64,000 nt of DNA from Candidatus Bathyarchaeia archaeon (GCA_050013255.1 JBEKFP010000001.1:1088001-1152000), one strand, 5' to 3'. Positions 47,818-57,239 are shown, counted from the stretch's first letter. Made by a program: numbers and translations. The notes: generated by a model from the letters alone, not told the origin.

Positions 47818-48164
47818 TGAGCGAGGGTGAAGATTACTCCGACGAGGAACTTGAAGAGATTAGGCGAAGGAGATATTCAGACCTACAACGCGCAGCATTA
47901 GATGAACAGAGGCAATCAGAAACCCACAGGCAATTCGAGGCCCAAAAACAAGCTGCACTCAAACAGATACTGACCCCTGAGGCAAGGCAAAGGTTGACCA
48001 ACATCAGAATGGTAAAACCCGAGTTCGCAGATCAAATCGAATTACAGCTCATTCAACTAGCACAGTCGGGAAGAATCAAGGTTCCAATCAGTGATGAGCA
48101 ATTGAAGGAAGCGCTCGGCCGCCTACAATCTTCACGAAAGGAAATTAGAATTAGGAGAGCTTAA
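47814..48164 (+). CDS. PDCD5-family DNA-binding protein
   Basis: ILTPEARQRLTNIRMVKPE; usual position after S19e. Confidence 0.94.
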   Translation: MMSEGEDYSDEELEEIRRRRYSDLQRAALDEQRQSETHRQFEAQKQAALKQILTPEARQRLTNIRMVKPEFADQIELQLIQLAQSGRIKVPISDEQLKEALGRLQSSRKEIRIRRA

Positions 48165-48167
48165 CTT

Positions 48168-48323
48168 ATGGCACGAAATAAACCAACCGCGCGAAAACGT
48201 AGGCTCGCTAGTGCAGGGAAAACTAGAAAACCTGTCCCAACTTGGGTGATGGCGAGGACATCTGGCCACACTAGGACTCACCCGAAGAAACGGCACTGGC
48301 GAAGGACCAAGCTGAAAGCGTAA
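48168..48323 (+). CDS. rpl39e: 50S ribosomal protein L39e
   Basis: Manual translation [51 protein letters not shown]. Confidence 0.96.
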   Translation: MARNKPTARKRRLASAGKTRKPVPTWVMARTSGHTRTHPKKRHWRRTKLKA

Positions 48324-48339
48324 AGGAGAAACAGCCTAA

Positions 48340-48762
48340 ATGAGTGAACCAGAGCCGAAAGAAGAAGTTGTAGAGGCAGAGGAAGAGAAACTCGAAGAGT
48401 CCGTTAGCGAAGCCATTGAGCCAGTAGAAGAAGAGAAGGCGCCCGTCGAGACAGCTCCTGCAGCCGAAAAAGAAGAGGCCGAAGGAGAAGAAGAAATAGA
48501 AGTAGTCGAGGAAAAAGTCTACACGATTTCACTCCGACACGTTTGGGTCGTGACGGCTCGAGGTAAAAGGGCTCCGAGGGCGGTAAGAGACGTTAGGGAT
48601 TTCGTTGCTCGCCACATGAAAGCAGAGGAGGTAGCGATGAGCAACGAAGTTAATGAGGCACTGTGGTCTCGAAGCATCAACAAGCCGCCTAGGAAGATTA
48701 CAGTTCGTGCCGTCAAGGATAAGGAAGGTAAGGTAATAGTTTACCCAGCAAAAGCGGCGTAA
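48340..48762 (+). CDS. rpl31e: 50S ribosomal protein L31e with acidic N-terminal extension
   Basis: YTISL, KRAPRAV, RHMKA, VNEALWSRSINKPP. Confidence 0.95.
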   Translation: MSEPEPKEEVVEAEEEKLEESVSEAIEPVEEEKAPVETAPAAEKEEAEGEEEIEVVEEKVYTISLRHVWVVTARGKRAPRAVRDVRDFVARHMKAEEVAMSNEVNEALWSRSINKPPRKITVRAVKDKEGKVIVYPAKAA

Positions 48763-48804
48763 TCCAGTGTTGGCTCGCCGACTCGGCATTATGGGACTTT
48801 AGGA

Positions 48805-49464
48805 ATGACCGTCATCCTAGCCGATGTTTTCGGCAGCCCGAATATTGGCGTATACTGCTTCTGCAATGAAAAAGTAGCTATAGTGCCGCCAGGCCTACCA
48901 AACCGCAAGATCAGCCAATTCACAGAGACGCTTGGCGTTAGCGTTTGCAAGACCACGATAGGTGGCTCCACTTTAGTAGGAGCGCTGGTTACCGGAAACT
49001 CCAACGGAGTGCTGGTTCCCCACACGATTCGACAATACGAGTTAGAAAGGATTGAGGGGTTCACGAAAGTGGTGGTAGTCGAGTCCAAGTGGACTGCGCT
49101 TGGGAATGTGGTTTTGACAAACGACCTCGGTGCGGTCATACACAAAGACGCCCCTCCGGAGATAATTACCGCCGTGAATCAACACTTGGAAGTGACCTCT
49201 GCTTTGGGCGAAATTGGGGCATTGCCTTTCGTTGGCTCCCTGGCCATAGCTACCAACAAAGGCGCTTTGGTTAGCCCGAATGCGCTCAATGAAGAACAGT
49301 CAATGATTGCATCTGCATTGCATGTGACCGTAGAACAGAGTTCCACCAACGGTGGCGTACCATTCGTCAAGTCAGGGATACTTGCGAATACTAAGGGCGC
49401 TGTCGTAGGCCCATTGACGCGTGGCGCTGAACTGATGCAAATCAGCCGTGCATTAGGCGTCTAG
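48805..49464 (+). CDS. eif6: Translation initiation factor aIF6
   Basis: GSPNIGVY, GNSNGVLVP, ALGNVVLTND. Confidence 0.95.
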   Translation: MTVILADVFGSPNIGVYCFCNEKVAIVPPGLPNRKISQFTETLGVSVCKTTIGGSTLVGALVTGNSNGVLVPHTIRQYELERIEGFTKVVVVESKWTALGNVVLTNDLGAVIHKDAPPEIITAVNQHLEVTSALGEIGALPFVGSLAIATNKGALVSPNALNEEQSMIASALHVTVEQSSTNGGVPFVKSGILANTKGAVVGPLTRGAELMQISRALGV

Positions 49465-49481
49465 CGAAGTATCTTTTGCGA

Positions 49482-49970
49482 TTAGCTTACCTTGAATACT
49501 TGATCCCACTTTCCCTGGTCCAGTTCCTTCTGGACATCGCGTGGGTCTTTCCCTTCAATTGTGATTCCGAGGCTGACGCAAGTTCCCATTACCTCTTTAG
49601 CGGCCGTCCTAACAGATTTTGCGTAGCTGCTTGGCATTTTCATCGCAGCAATTTTGGCCACTTGGTCCATCGTGAGGTTCCCCACCTTCTCAGCTTTGGG
49701 ATTGCCTGAGCCCTTGGAGATCCCAAGTTCCTTCACGATTAGGGCTGATGTGGTAGGCGTCCCAATCTCGACTTCAAATTCCTTCGTTTCAACGTCCACG
49801 ACGACGCGGACGGGGACCTTCATACCAGCATATGCCTTAGTCATTTCATTGATCTTGTTAACGATCTGAAGCACATTTACTCCGAGTGGCCCCAATGCTG
49901 GTCCTAGTGGTGGACCGGCGGTGGCTTCTCCACCGTTCAGTAATGCTTCAACTTGCTTCTTGTCGCCCAA
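49482..49970 (-). CDS. rpl11: 50S ribosomal protein L11
   Basis: GGEATAGPPLGPALGPLG, GTCVSLG. Confidence 0.97.
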   Translation of the reverse strand: MGDKKQVEALLNGGEATAGPPLGPALGPLGVNVLQIVNKINEMTKAYAGMKVPVRVVVDVETKEFEVEIGTPTTSALIVKELGISKGSGNPKAEKVGNLTMDQVAKIAAMKMPSSYAKSVRTAAKEVMGTCVSLGITIEGKDPRDVQKELDQGKWDQVFKVS

Positions 49971-50445
49971 CTTCAGCCACATTGCCTCTGCTAACTAGTT
50001 TCACGTAATCCGCGTGCACGGTGATCGGAAGGGTTGCGAATCCTTCTTCCAAGAGTTCTATGGTTACCTCTTCCTTGAGTTTGTCAACATTCGTGATTCG
50101 CGCTTTCAACCCACGGAAAGGTCCACTGACCACTTCTACTGAATCACCATTCCGTAGGTCTTCAATGACAGGCTTGCTGACGATGAACCTGTCGAGGGCT
50201 TCGGCCGATATTACGCCCTTCGTACGCGCCCGAGCATGCCGTACGCCGGCAATCAAGTCGTCCACATAGTGAGGCCCTGCTGATTCGACGAAGATATACC
50301 CCTTGACCATATCTGGGGCCAAGACGCTGGCGATGGGTAGTTTCTTCAGGCCAATTCTTGACGAAACGAGGTCCACAACCGTCCTTTCCTGGCCACTTGT
50401 TGTTCGGACCGCGTAGATGAGCATCTTGTGTTCGGTGCTCATCAA
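49948..50445 (-). CDS. spt5: Transcription elongation factor Spt5 (NusG)
   Basis: TTSGQE, KGYIFVE, KOW motif GDSVEVVSGPFRG. Confidence 0.96.
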   Translation of the reverse strand: MMSTEHKMLIYAVRTTSGQERTVVDLVSSRIGLKKLPIASVLAPDMVKGYIFVESAGPHYVDDLIAGVRHARARTKGVISAEALDRFIVSKPVIEDLRNGDSVEVVSGPFRGLKARITNVDKLKEEVTIELLEEGFATLPITVHADYVKLVSRGNVAEVGRQEAS

Positions 50446-50648
50446 GGCGTGGCTCCGGTGGCGCCAGTCTGCGTCTGTGGCAATAGGTTGAAGAACAGAA
50501 AGAGTACTCGAATTACGAATCCAAGCGAACCCACGATAGCAACTCCTAGGAAACTAATCTTCACCATCAACGAAATCTCATCCCGTGAAGGTTTCGTGGT
50601 AACGTGCACAAGCCTTCTTGATGAATCCAGGAATTCGCGTGCGTTCAT
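50442..50648 (-). CDS. secE: Protein translocase SecE / Sec61 gamma
   Basis: KPSRDE followed by a TM helix; upstream of spt5. Confidence 0.93.
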   Translation of the reverse strand: MNAREFLDSSRRLVHVTTKPSRDEISLMVKISFLGVAIVGSLGFVIRVLFLFFNLLPQTQTGATGATP

Positions 50649-50812
50649 ATCGTATATCCTTCTAGATTGTTCGCGGTTGAATCAAGTCGATTGAAGTGAA
50701 AAGCCAGCTATTTTAACCTTTGAAAATAAGAGCGTGTTCTGGTTTTGTAGATTGATCCGAGCCGCACGTTGCGCCAATTAACTTTGAGCGGAAACGAGCA
50801 ACAAAAGGGCGC

Positions 50813-50950
50813 ATGAAACTTGACGCGAGGCTCGACGGAATCACTTTCTATTCCCACGGCTGCAAATTGCTCGGAGGCTTCTACGGAGCTGCTGGCGAAA
50901 CGCTAAGGCCGACCGTCATATTCTTATGTTTATTCAATTCTTTGAGTTAA
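50813..50950 (+). pseudogene. Truncated N-terminal fragment resembling an alpha/beta hydrolase
   Basis: MKLDARLDGITFYSHGCKLLGGFYGAAGETLRPTVIFL then stop after 7 more residues; resemblance ends where HG is expected. Confidence 0.5.
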
Positions 50951-51750
50951 ACACGAACAACCTCGATGTGCAGCCGTTTCAGGGTTTCTATGAGCTTCGA
51001 TCGCTCCGCGCCGCGGATGCCTTTCCAATCGACAACGGCCGTGTGGCATTCTCCTATTGTGCGCTCAAAAGCCAACTGCACCATTTGTTCATCGTAATCC
51101 TCAAAGAAATACTTAGAGAGGATATGGCTGAAAGCGTAGTTGTCATTCCTAACCGCGATGCATTGCTTGTTGCAGTAGTGTCCTCCTCCGAAACCAACAG
51201 CCGCCGTTCCGCTTACCGGGGCCGTTGCAGCCATCCATATGGCTTCACTAGCCGCTACCGCGGCCCGCGGATCATTCCATTCTTTTTCTGTGCTACCTAC
51301 TTCCACGAAAAGCGTTGGAACTCCTAGCTCGGTTGGTCCATGGTGAGTAGCCTCAAGGGTTACTGCGTAATTCAACTTCAAGGCTTCACGCGCCTTATCC
51401 AACGCCAACAACGCTGCGCGTAGTCGAGGAGGGTCTGCAAAGGACAGGCTCTTGGGCTTGCCGCCGAAATCAGCACGACTTGTACTATTACCAGTCCAAT
51501 GGACCGTCAGCGCTGGTTCGCCGCTTTCGCTTCGGTGCCTCGAAGCGAAGATAACAGCTTCTGGTTTTGAATCGACGCCTAGGCTATCGGTGTATATGCC
51601 ATCGGTTTCAACGAGTTTCAGGTAGACACTGCCGTTTTGAAATAGGTCAGGAACACCTGAGGCTGGTTGAAAACCTTTCAGCCGCATTAGCTCTCGTGCA
51701 ATGTTTTGAGCTGCTACGTCACGCTTGGAGGAGGCAATGAGAACCGTCAA
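50947..51750 (-). CDS. dtdA: D-aminoacyl-tRNA deacylase (archaeal DTD2)
   Basis: ASRHRS, LTVHWTGN, EATHHGP, FVEVGS, GFGGGHY. Confidence 0.95.
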   Translation of the reverse strand: MTVLIASSKRDVAAQNIARELMRLKGFQPASGVPDLFQNGSVYLKLVETDGIYTDSLGVDSKPEAVIFASRHRSESGEPALTVHWTGNSTSRADFGGKPKSLSFADPPRLRAALLALDKAREALKLNYAVTLEATHHGPTELGVPTLFVEVGSTEKEWNDPRAAVAASEAIWMAATAPVSGTAAVGFGGGHYCNKQCIAVRNDNYAFSHILSKYFFEDYDEQMVQLAFERTIGECHTAVVDWKGIRGAERSKLIETLKRLHIEVVRV

Positions 51751-51762
51751 CTCATGCCAGCT

Positions 51763-52668
51763 TCAACTTATTATTTTCTCGACCATTTGTTCAGGTTCGA
51801 AGGAAACTAAGTCCTCATAATTTTGCCCGACGGTTGCAAAAAGGATTGGCTTGCCCATAATGGCGGCAATAGAAATGGCGCTACCACCCTTTGCGTCAGC
51901 GTCCAACTTAGTCAGCACGACACCGTCGATGTTCACGGCGTTCGAGAAGGATTTTCCTTGCTCAACCGCATCGTTACCTGTCAGTGAGTCGACAACAAGG
52001 ATTGTCAGGTTCGGCTTGGCCACTCGAGCAATTTTCTTCATTTCCTCCAAGAGGTTCTTGTTTGTTTGCATTCTACCTGCCGTATCAATCAAGACAACGT
52101 TAGTGCCATGTGCGATCGCATAATTCACAGCGTCGAATGCTACCGCAGCAGCGTCAGCGCCATAATCATGCTTGATAGTCTTGATTCCGATTCGCCGAGC
52201 GTGTTCCTCAATCTGCTCTATGGAACCAGTTCGGTAAGTGTCTGCGGCAGCCACGACGACTGAGAAACCCTTCCGAAGCAATAGATGGCCTACTTTCGCG
52301 ATGGAACTCGTCTTGCCGGTCCCGTTAACTCCTACGAAAAGTATGATTGCCGGTCTGTGGGCATTTTTGCTTTCATTGAGAACCTTGTAGAAGGATTCCT
52401 CGCCGCTTCCCCTCAATAATTCAAGCAAGACCTCTCGCAGCACTCCCCTAGCTGGTTCCGTCGAGTCTGTGAACCTTCGAAATTGGGTGGCTCTGAGTTT
52501 CTCATGTAGGTTGTCGCATATCTGCTTGGCCACTGAGTAGGCAACATTATTCTCGACTAAGGCCAGTAGAAACTCATCAAGGATCTTTGAGATGTCTTGA
52601 TCAGAAAGTTCTTTCTGCGAAATCTTCTGAACTAGACTATTGACGCCTGATTTGAGTTTCTCGAACAC
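51763..52668 (-). CDS. ftsY: SRP receptor FtsY
   Basis: GVNGTGKT, DTYR, DTAGR, TKLD, GQNYEDL. Confidence 0.96.
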   Translation of the reverse strand: MFEKLKSGVNSLVQKISQKELSDQDISKILDEFLLALVENNVAYSVAKQICDNLHEKLRATQFRRFTDSTEPARGVLREVLLELLRGSGEESFYKVLNESKNAHRPAIILFVGVNGTGKTSSIAKVGHLLLRKGFSVVVAAADTYRTGSIEQIEEHARRIGIKTIKHDYGADAAAVAFDAVNYAIAHGTNVVLIDTAGRMQTNKNLLEEMKKIARVAKPNLTILVVDSLTGNDAVEQGKSFSNAVNIDGVVLTKLDADAKGGSAISIAAIMGKPILFATVGQNYEDLVSFEPEQMVEKIIS

Positions 52669-52748
52669 TTTATGTCACTAATGAGAACCGGGGCTAAAGT
52701 TTGTCTCCTGTAGGGTTCTACGCGGAGATTTCAGGACTTCGTCTCAAC

Positions 52749-53201
52749 TCAGCTCGGAGCCTGTGCTGTTGTCCCCTGGTGTCTTAGGAGTTCCTCGAGG
52801 GCATCGCGGTCTTGTTGGTATCGGCCAATGGTTTGGTCTAATTGTTGTTGAATAGATGTTCGTGCTTTATCTAATTCCTCAAGTCTACCTTTCAGCTCGC
52901 CTACAGAGCTTTCCACGTCTTTCTCCATCGCAGCTCCTGCTCCTATACCCATAACCAACTTCTTGGAATCCGCAATTTTCATTCTCACGTATGAACCGGC
53001 TCCGACCGGGACGAGCGTGGAATCGCCTTCTTGTAGTTTCTTCAGGCCATCGAGGGTGTTGAATGCCAATGTAACCTCGTTGATCGCTGCTCGGACAATA
53101 TCAAGTCTGGATTGCAAAGCCCCGATGGACCCTTCTAGGATGCGAATCTCGGTGGCTAGTTGCCTGACTATGTCTTCTTCCCTTGGTTGGGGGGATGACA
53201 T
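52749..53201 (-). CDS. pfdA: Prefoldin alpha subunit
   Basis: Coiled coils flanking the LVPVGAGSY and GIGAG hairpins. Confidence 0.94.
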   Translation of the reverse strand: MSSPQPREEDIVRQLATEIRILEGSIGALQSRLDIVRAAINEVTLAFNTLDGLKKLQEGDSTLVPVGAGSYVRMKIADSKKLVMGIGAGAAMEKDVESSVGELKGRLEELDKARTSIQQQLDQTIGRYQQDRDALEELLRHQGTTAQAPS

Positions 53202-53203
53202 TC

Positions 53204-53416
53204 CTATTCCTTGGCCTGCGCTGCCTCTAGGTGGGCGGATTGGATTTTCGCTATCCTAACTTCAAATCTTCTAGCGCGGTGTCTGCTGCCCATTTCAGAA
53301 TAGAGGCGCTGGAGGGCGTGTTCTTCTTTCAGCGCGTTGAATTCGACGGAAAACGGGATTTTGGTTCGTCCCTTCCTGATCTCGCCTGTAATCTTAAACT
53401 TCTTCACTTCTGACAT
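53204..53416 (-). CDS. rpl18a: 50S ribosomal protein L18Ae/LX (eL20)
   Basis: VKKFKITG, HALQRLYSEMGSRH. Confidence 0.93.
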   Translation of the reverse strand: MSEVKKFKITGEIRKGRTKIPFSVEFNALKEEHALQRLYSEMGSRHRARRFEVRIAKIQSAHLEAAQAKE

Positions 53417-53540
53417 TCGTATTCGTGACCTCGCCTTATGGCATCGGCGTCCGCTATTAATCTGAAGGTCGCGAAACAGGTGCCCGCGCTGAAAACGTTT
53501 TTATTAGGCAGGGGGATTGACGCCTTAGAAATTTGACTAG

Positions 53541-54209
53541 ATGGTCTCCTCATTGCCACTTGCCAAGGATGAAATTGTTAGGGCACTCGGTGAGCTACGT
53601 AAGAATCTAACTAAGAGAAAGTTCTCACAGTCCATAGATTTGGTTGTTCGCCTCCGAGAGGTCGACCTAAAGAGGCCCGAAAACAGGATCAATGAAGCAA
53701 TTACCTTGCCGAATCCACCGGATAAGGCACTGAAGGTTTGCGTGATAGCGTCAGGAGATTTGGGAACCAGGGCCAAAGCGGCTGGCGCAGACATGCTAGT
53801 TACCAGACAGGAGATGGATAACTTGAGCAAGGACAAGAAATCGGCTCGGAAGTTAGCTCAAGATTATGATTTCTTCATCGCGGAAGCCCCCCTAATGCCC
53901 CTTGTAGGAAAGGCACTAGGGTCATTCCTCGGCCCAAGGGGCAAGATGCCCACACCGGTCCAGCCTAACGCGGCTATTGATCAAATCATCTCCGGCCACC
54001 GTAAGATGGTTCGTGTTCGAATGCGAGAACAGCCCGTCCTTCAGTGTAGGGTTGGGACGGAAGCTATGCCAGACGAGAAGCTAGTGGAGAATATCCAGGC
54101 AGTAGTTTCTCGAATTGAACAGAAGCTTGAGCGGGGTTTCAAGAATGTTGGTGAAATCCTAATCAAGGCAACGATGAGCAAACCGGTAAAGATCACTCTG
54201 ACGAAGTGA
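53541..54209 (+). CDS. rpl1: 50S ribosomal protein L1
   Basis: RKFSQSIDL, LGPRGKMP, KATMSKP. Confidence 0.97.
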   Translation: MVSSLPLAKDEIVRALGELRKNLTKRKFSQSIDLVVRLREVDLKRPENRINEAITLPNPPDKALKVCVIASGDLGTRAKAAGADMLVTRQEMDNLSKDKKSARKLAQDYDFFIAEAPLMPLVGKALGSFLGPRGKMPTPVQPNAAIDQIISGHRKMVRVRMREQPVLQCRVGTEAMPDEKLVENIQAVVSRIEQKLERGFKNVGEILIKATMSKPVKITLTK

Positions 54210-54215
54210 TGATTA

Positions 54216-55166
54216 ATGTTAGCCCAGCAGGTCGCAGTCTGGAAAAAGGAAATTTACGAAGACCTAACGGAACTGCTTAAGGAATATTCAGTTATAGCCG
54301 TCGCCGACCTGCAGAAAGTGCGCTCATCGCAGATACAAGAGATTCGCAAGAAGCTGCGTGGCAAGGCGGACCTGATTGTTGCCAAGAATACAATTCTACG
54401 CAAAGCCAGCGAGAAGATAGCCGGTGAAAAGAAAGGTATTGATAAGTTTGCAAATTCGTTGACCGGATCCAAGGTACTAATTTTCACCCAAATGAACCCC
54501 TTTGAGCTCATTATCTTTCTCAACAAGAACAAGGTCAGGGTTCAAGCAAAGGGCGGAGATGTGGCGACAAGCGATATCATGATCCCCGGCGGGAACACGG
54601 GAATACAGCCTGGTCCGGTGATTAGCGAGTTCAACGAGGCTAAGGTGAAAACACGGATCGAGGGTGGCAGTATCTTCGTTGCAGAGGACACTGTCGTTGT
54701 TGAGAAGGGGGATGTGATTCCAGTTAAGACCGCCTCACTTCTGTCGAAGCTTGGAATGAAACCGATGGAAGCGGGGTTAGCGCTCTCATATGCTTTCGAT
54801 AACGGCTCAGTTCTCGGCCCGAACGATCTCGCCTTTGACCTTGACCAAATGAAGTCTGATTTCTCCTCAGCCGCGAGGATGGCTTTGGGCGTGGCGGTTG
54901 AGGCAAACATCATGTTGCCAGAGACTGCGCCCATAATTATCTCGAAAGCATATCGGCAGGCGGTTGCCGTCAGCGTCGAGTCAGGCTTCTTTACGAAACA
55001 AACTGCGGACTTTATCATCCAGAAGGCTTACGCGAACATGAATGCGTTGTCGTCAGCGATTGCTGCCGTGAAACCTGAAGCGATCGCCCCTCCGTCAACA
55101 ACTCAAAGCGAGACCCAAGCGCCACCAGCGCCCGCAGCAGCTGCATCCGCTGAAGGAAAAGGTTGA
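54216..55166 (+). CDS. rpl10: 50S ribosomal protein L10 (P0)
   Basis: QIQEIRKKLRG, KNT, GNTGIQPGP. Confidence 0.96.
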   Translation: MLAQQVAVWKKEIYEDLTELLKEYSVIAVADLQKVRSSQIQEIRKKLRGKADLIVAKNTILRKASEKIAGEKKGIDKFANSLTGSKVLIFTQMNPFELIIFLNKNKVRVQAKGGDVATSDIMIPGGNTGIQPGPVISEFNEAKVKTRIEGGSIFVAEDTVVVEKGDVIPVKTASLLSKLGMKPMEAGLALSYAFDNGSVLGPNDLAFDLDQMKSDFSSAARMALGVAVEANIMLPETAPIIISKAYRQAVAVSVESGFFTKQTADFIIQKAYANMNALSSAIAAVKPEAIAPPSTTQSETQAPPAPAAAASAEGKG

Positions 55167-55218
55167 AAAGAGGGACTTCTGGTAAGCACAGGAATCCTGT
55201 CAAATTTCGGTGTGAAAA

Positions 55219-55524
55219 ATGGAATACGTCTACGCAGCTCTTCTGCTACACTCTGCAGGCGGCAAAATAACCGAAGATACCGTAAAGAAAGTTCTAACAG
55301 CAGCCGGAGTCAAGACTGATGAGCCAAGAGTCAAGGCCCTAGTCGCGGCACTCTCAGAAATCAAAATAGACGACGCCCTAAAAGCCGCGCAAGCCATACC
55401 GGTGGCCGCAGCACCTGCAGCGGCAGCCCCAACTGGAGGAAAGAAGGACAAGAAAGAAGGGGCGGAAGACGAGAAGAAGAAAGGCGAAGAAGCACTAGCG
55501 GGCCTCGGTGCCCTCTTCGGTTGA
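55219..55524 (+). CDS. rpl12: 50S ribosomal protein L12 (aP1)
   Basis: [11 protein letters not shown]...GLGALFG. Confidence 0.97.
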   Translation: MEYVYAALLLHSAGGKITEDTVKKVLTAAGVKTDEPRVKALVAALSEIKIDDALKAAQAIPVAAAPAAAAPTGGKKDKKEGAEDEKKKGEEALAGLGALFG

Positions 55525-55732
55525 TCTTGAGTTGCCTGTACCCTTTACTTTGATCTCTCTCGCATCCTAGTCCTCTTTCACTTTGTTTTTAGTGCTCCGA
55601 GCAGCGGTTCAAGATCGAAAATACCCTTCTAGAGAAATCTAAGCCAAGTCTATCCTTCCTGTCACGAACTTACTTCTTCCGGGCGAATGAGATGGCAGTT
55701 CGTCCCGAGAGCTAGGGGGTGTGATCCGGCGC

Positions 55733-56323
55733 TTAGCAACTTTGGCCCTGGGTCTCGATTAGCCAACCTGTAAGAAGGACCAGGCCAGCAACTGCCGCCA
55801 AATATGTTCCAATACCAACCTCCGCGGAAACGCACCTGACCCATTCCGATTCAATGTAACACATGCCTGAGGATAGGTAGTTGTGGAGGTACAAGTACTC
55901 ATCCAGCCGCTTCACGTTATCGATCCAATACCAGGCCGCAGTGAGTGCCGAACCGGCAGCAAATATCTGAAAGTTTGATTTCCTAATCAAGACCGAGATC
56001 GCGCTCGAAACCAACGCGAGGATGAGCAATAGCAGAGAAAGCGCGAAGTAAGGGACGTCCAAGAGCCCGGCAAAATACGGAGTGGAAACGAACACCGAGT
56101 TCGAAACCGTGGGAGGCAGGACCTTAGTGTCAACGCCGAAGATGGAATATTGCTGTGCTCCACGCTCGATCTGAGACAGATTCAGAGTCACGGTTAGCCA
56201 AGGCAAAGGAACAGAAAGCACTAGGAGCGCAATTGCCAAAGAGGCAGTTTTCCGCCAGCGTTCCACAACTTCAGCGACCTTGCATGGGATAAGACGCATT
56301 ATTGGGCTGGTTGTAGCGAACAA
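55733..56323 (-). CDS. Hypothetical multi-TM membrane protein
   Basis: About 4 hydrophobic segments; LPW near the N-terminus and GIGTYL near the C-terminus; start uncertain. Confidence 0.7.
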   Translation of the reverse strand: MFATTSPIMRLIPCKVAEVVERWRKTASLAIALLVLSVPLPWLTVTLNLSQIERGAQQYSIFGVDTKVLPPTVSNSVFVSTPYFAGLLDVPYFALSLLLLILALVSSAISVLIRKSNFQIFAAGSALTAAWYWIDNVKRLDEYLYLHNYLSSGMCYIESEWVRCVSAEVGIGTYLAAVAGLVLLTGWLIETQGQSC

Positions 56324-56332
56324 TCCCTGCCT

Positions 56333-56728
56333 TTATTTCCGCTTCGAGGTGGTTACCACACCTTTTCTCAATAGTAACCACTGTGCTTGGCCACGTTCTT
56401 CTTTGAAGTAGACGAGCGCATACTCGCCCTTCAGCTTGTTCCCGTGAAGTTCGAAGCGTAGTAAGCGGGGTCCTCGTTCAATGAGAGTGTACTCTCCCTT
56501 GTCCCAAATCACGACTTTTCCAGCGCCGTACCCGCCTTCCGGAATAGTTCCCTCGAATGAGCCGTAATCGATCGGATGGTCATCCACCGCTACCGCGAGA
56601 CGTTTGATCCCAGCCTCAAGTGGGGGCCCTTTGGGGACAGCCCACGATTTCAGAACGCCGTCCATTTCCAAACGGAAATCGAAATGGTGGGCCGTCGCCC
56701 AGTGTTCATGAATAACAAATGATGGCAT
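56333..56728 (-). CDS. Stand-alone LigD-type 3'-phosphoesterase (PE) domain
   Basis: FVIHEH, HFDFRLE, LKSWAVPKGP, RLAVAVDDHP, YGAGKVVIWDKG. Confidence 0.94.
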   Translation of the reverse strand: MPSFVIHEHWATAHHFDFRLEMDGVLKSWAVPKGPPLEAGIKRLAVAVDDHPIDYGSFEGTIPEGGYGAGKVVIWDKGEYTLIERGPRLLRFELHGNKLKGEYALVYFKEERGQAQWLLLRKGVVTTSKRK

Positions 56729-56788
56729 CTTTGGTCCTACACATTCAGGTTGGAGGATGTGGCTTAACCTTTTACGGCTACGTTAACC

Positions 56789-56989
56789 TTGTTTCGTCGG
56801 CTAGGTGCTGACGGTTCTTTGTCTGAGGAATACACTGTCTGCAGGTGCGGGGCTAAATTCACAAACGATGCGGAAGGAAAGCGCCTCTACAATCTTCATC
56901 AATCTTGGTGCGGGAAGCAAGGCAGCGTCCCACAAGATTCAGGTTCCAGGAGGGAATATTCCCGCCCCACCAGATCTAACCAACGATAA
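56789..56989 (+). CDS. Possible small Zn-finger protein (CxC...HxxxC)
   Basis: YTVCRCGAKF...LYNLHQSWC. Confidence 0.5.
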   Translation: MFRRLGADGSLSEEYTVCRCGAKFTNDAEGKRLYNLHQSWCGKQGSVPQDSGSRREYSRPTRSNQR

Positions 56990-57112
56990 CTTGACCAGAA
57001 ACCGTTTCGTCATCTACTCCCTAGATTCCTTCTGAAAGTAAGGAAGGTTTACGGATACTGACAGAGGCCAAGAAACGGGAACGCTACGGCTGACGCAGAA
57101 TCTTACCGAGTA

Positions 57113-57148
57113 AAACAAAAGTCGGAAAGGGCGGGAGAATCACCCGCC
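57113..57148 (-). terminator. Hairpin and T-tract downstream of the 25-aa ORF
   Basis: Minus strand GGCGGG-TGATTCT-CCCGCC followed by CTTTCCGACTTTTGTTTT. Confidence 0.6.
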
Positions 57149-57161
57149 ACACGTAGCTTCC

Positions 57162-57239
57162 TTATGCTACGTATTCAGTTGTGTCCCTTGCCTCACGACC
57201 CTCTACTTTCATCTTGACCTTGCGTTTCTTGCTCGCCAA
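57162..57239 (-). CDS. 25-aa micropeptide MASKKRKVKMKVEGREARDTTEYVA
   Basis: Perfect SD GGAGGTGA (57246-57253) 6 nt before TTG; TTAAATA box at 57284-57290; downstream hairpins and T-tract. Confidence 0.65.
   Translation of the reverse strand: MASKKRKVKMKVEGREARDTTEYVA

Noticed and set aside
49455-53526. 7-bp inverted match (AGGCGTC / GACGCCT) near the inversion ends as recombination sites
   Set aside because: Too short to exceed chance, and one copy lies inside eif6.
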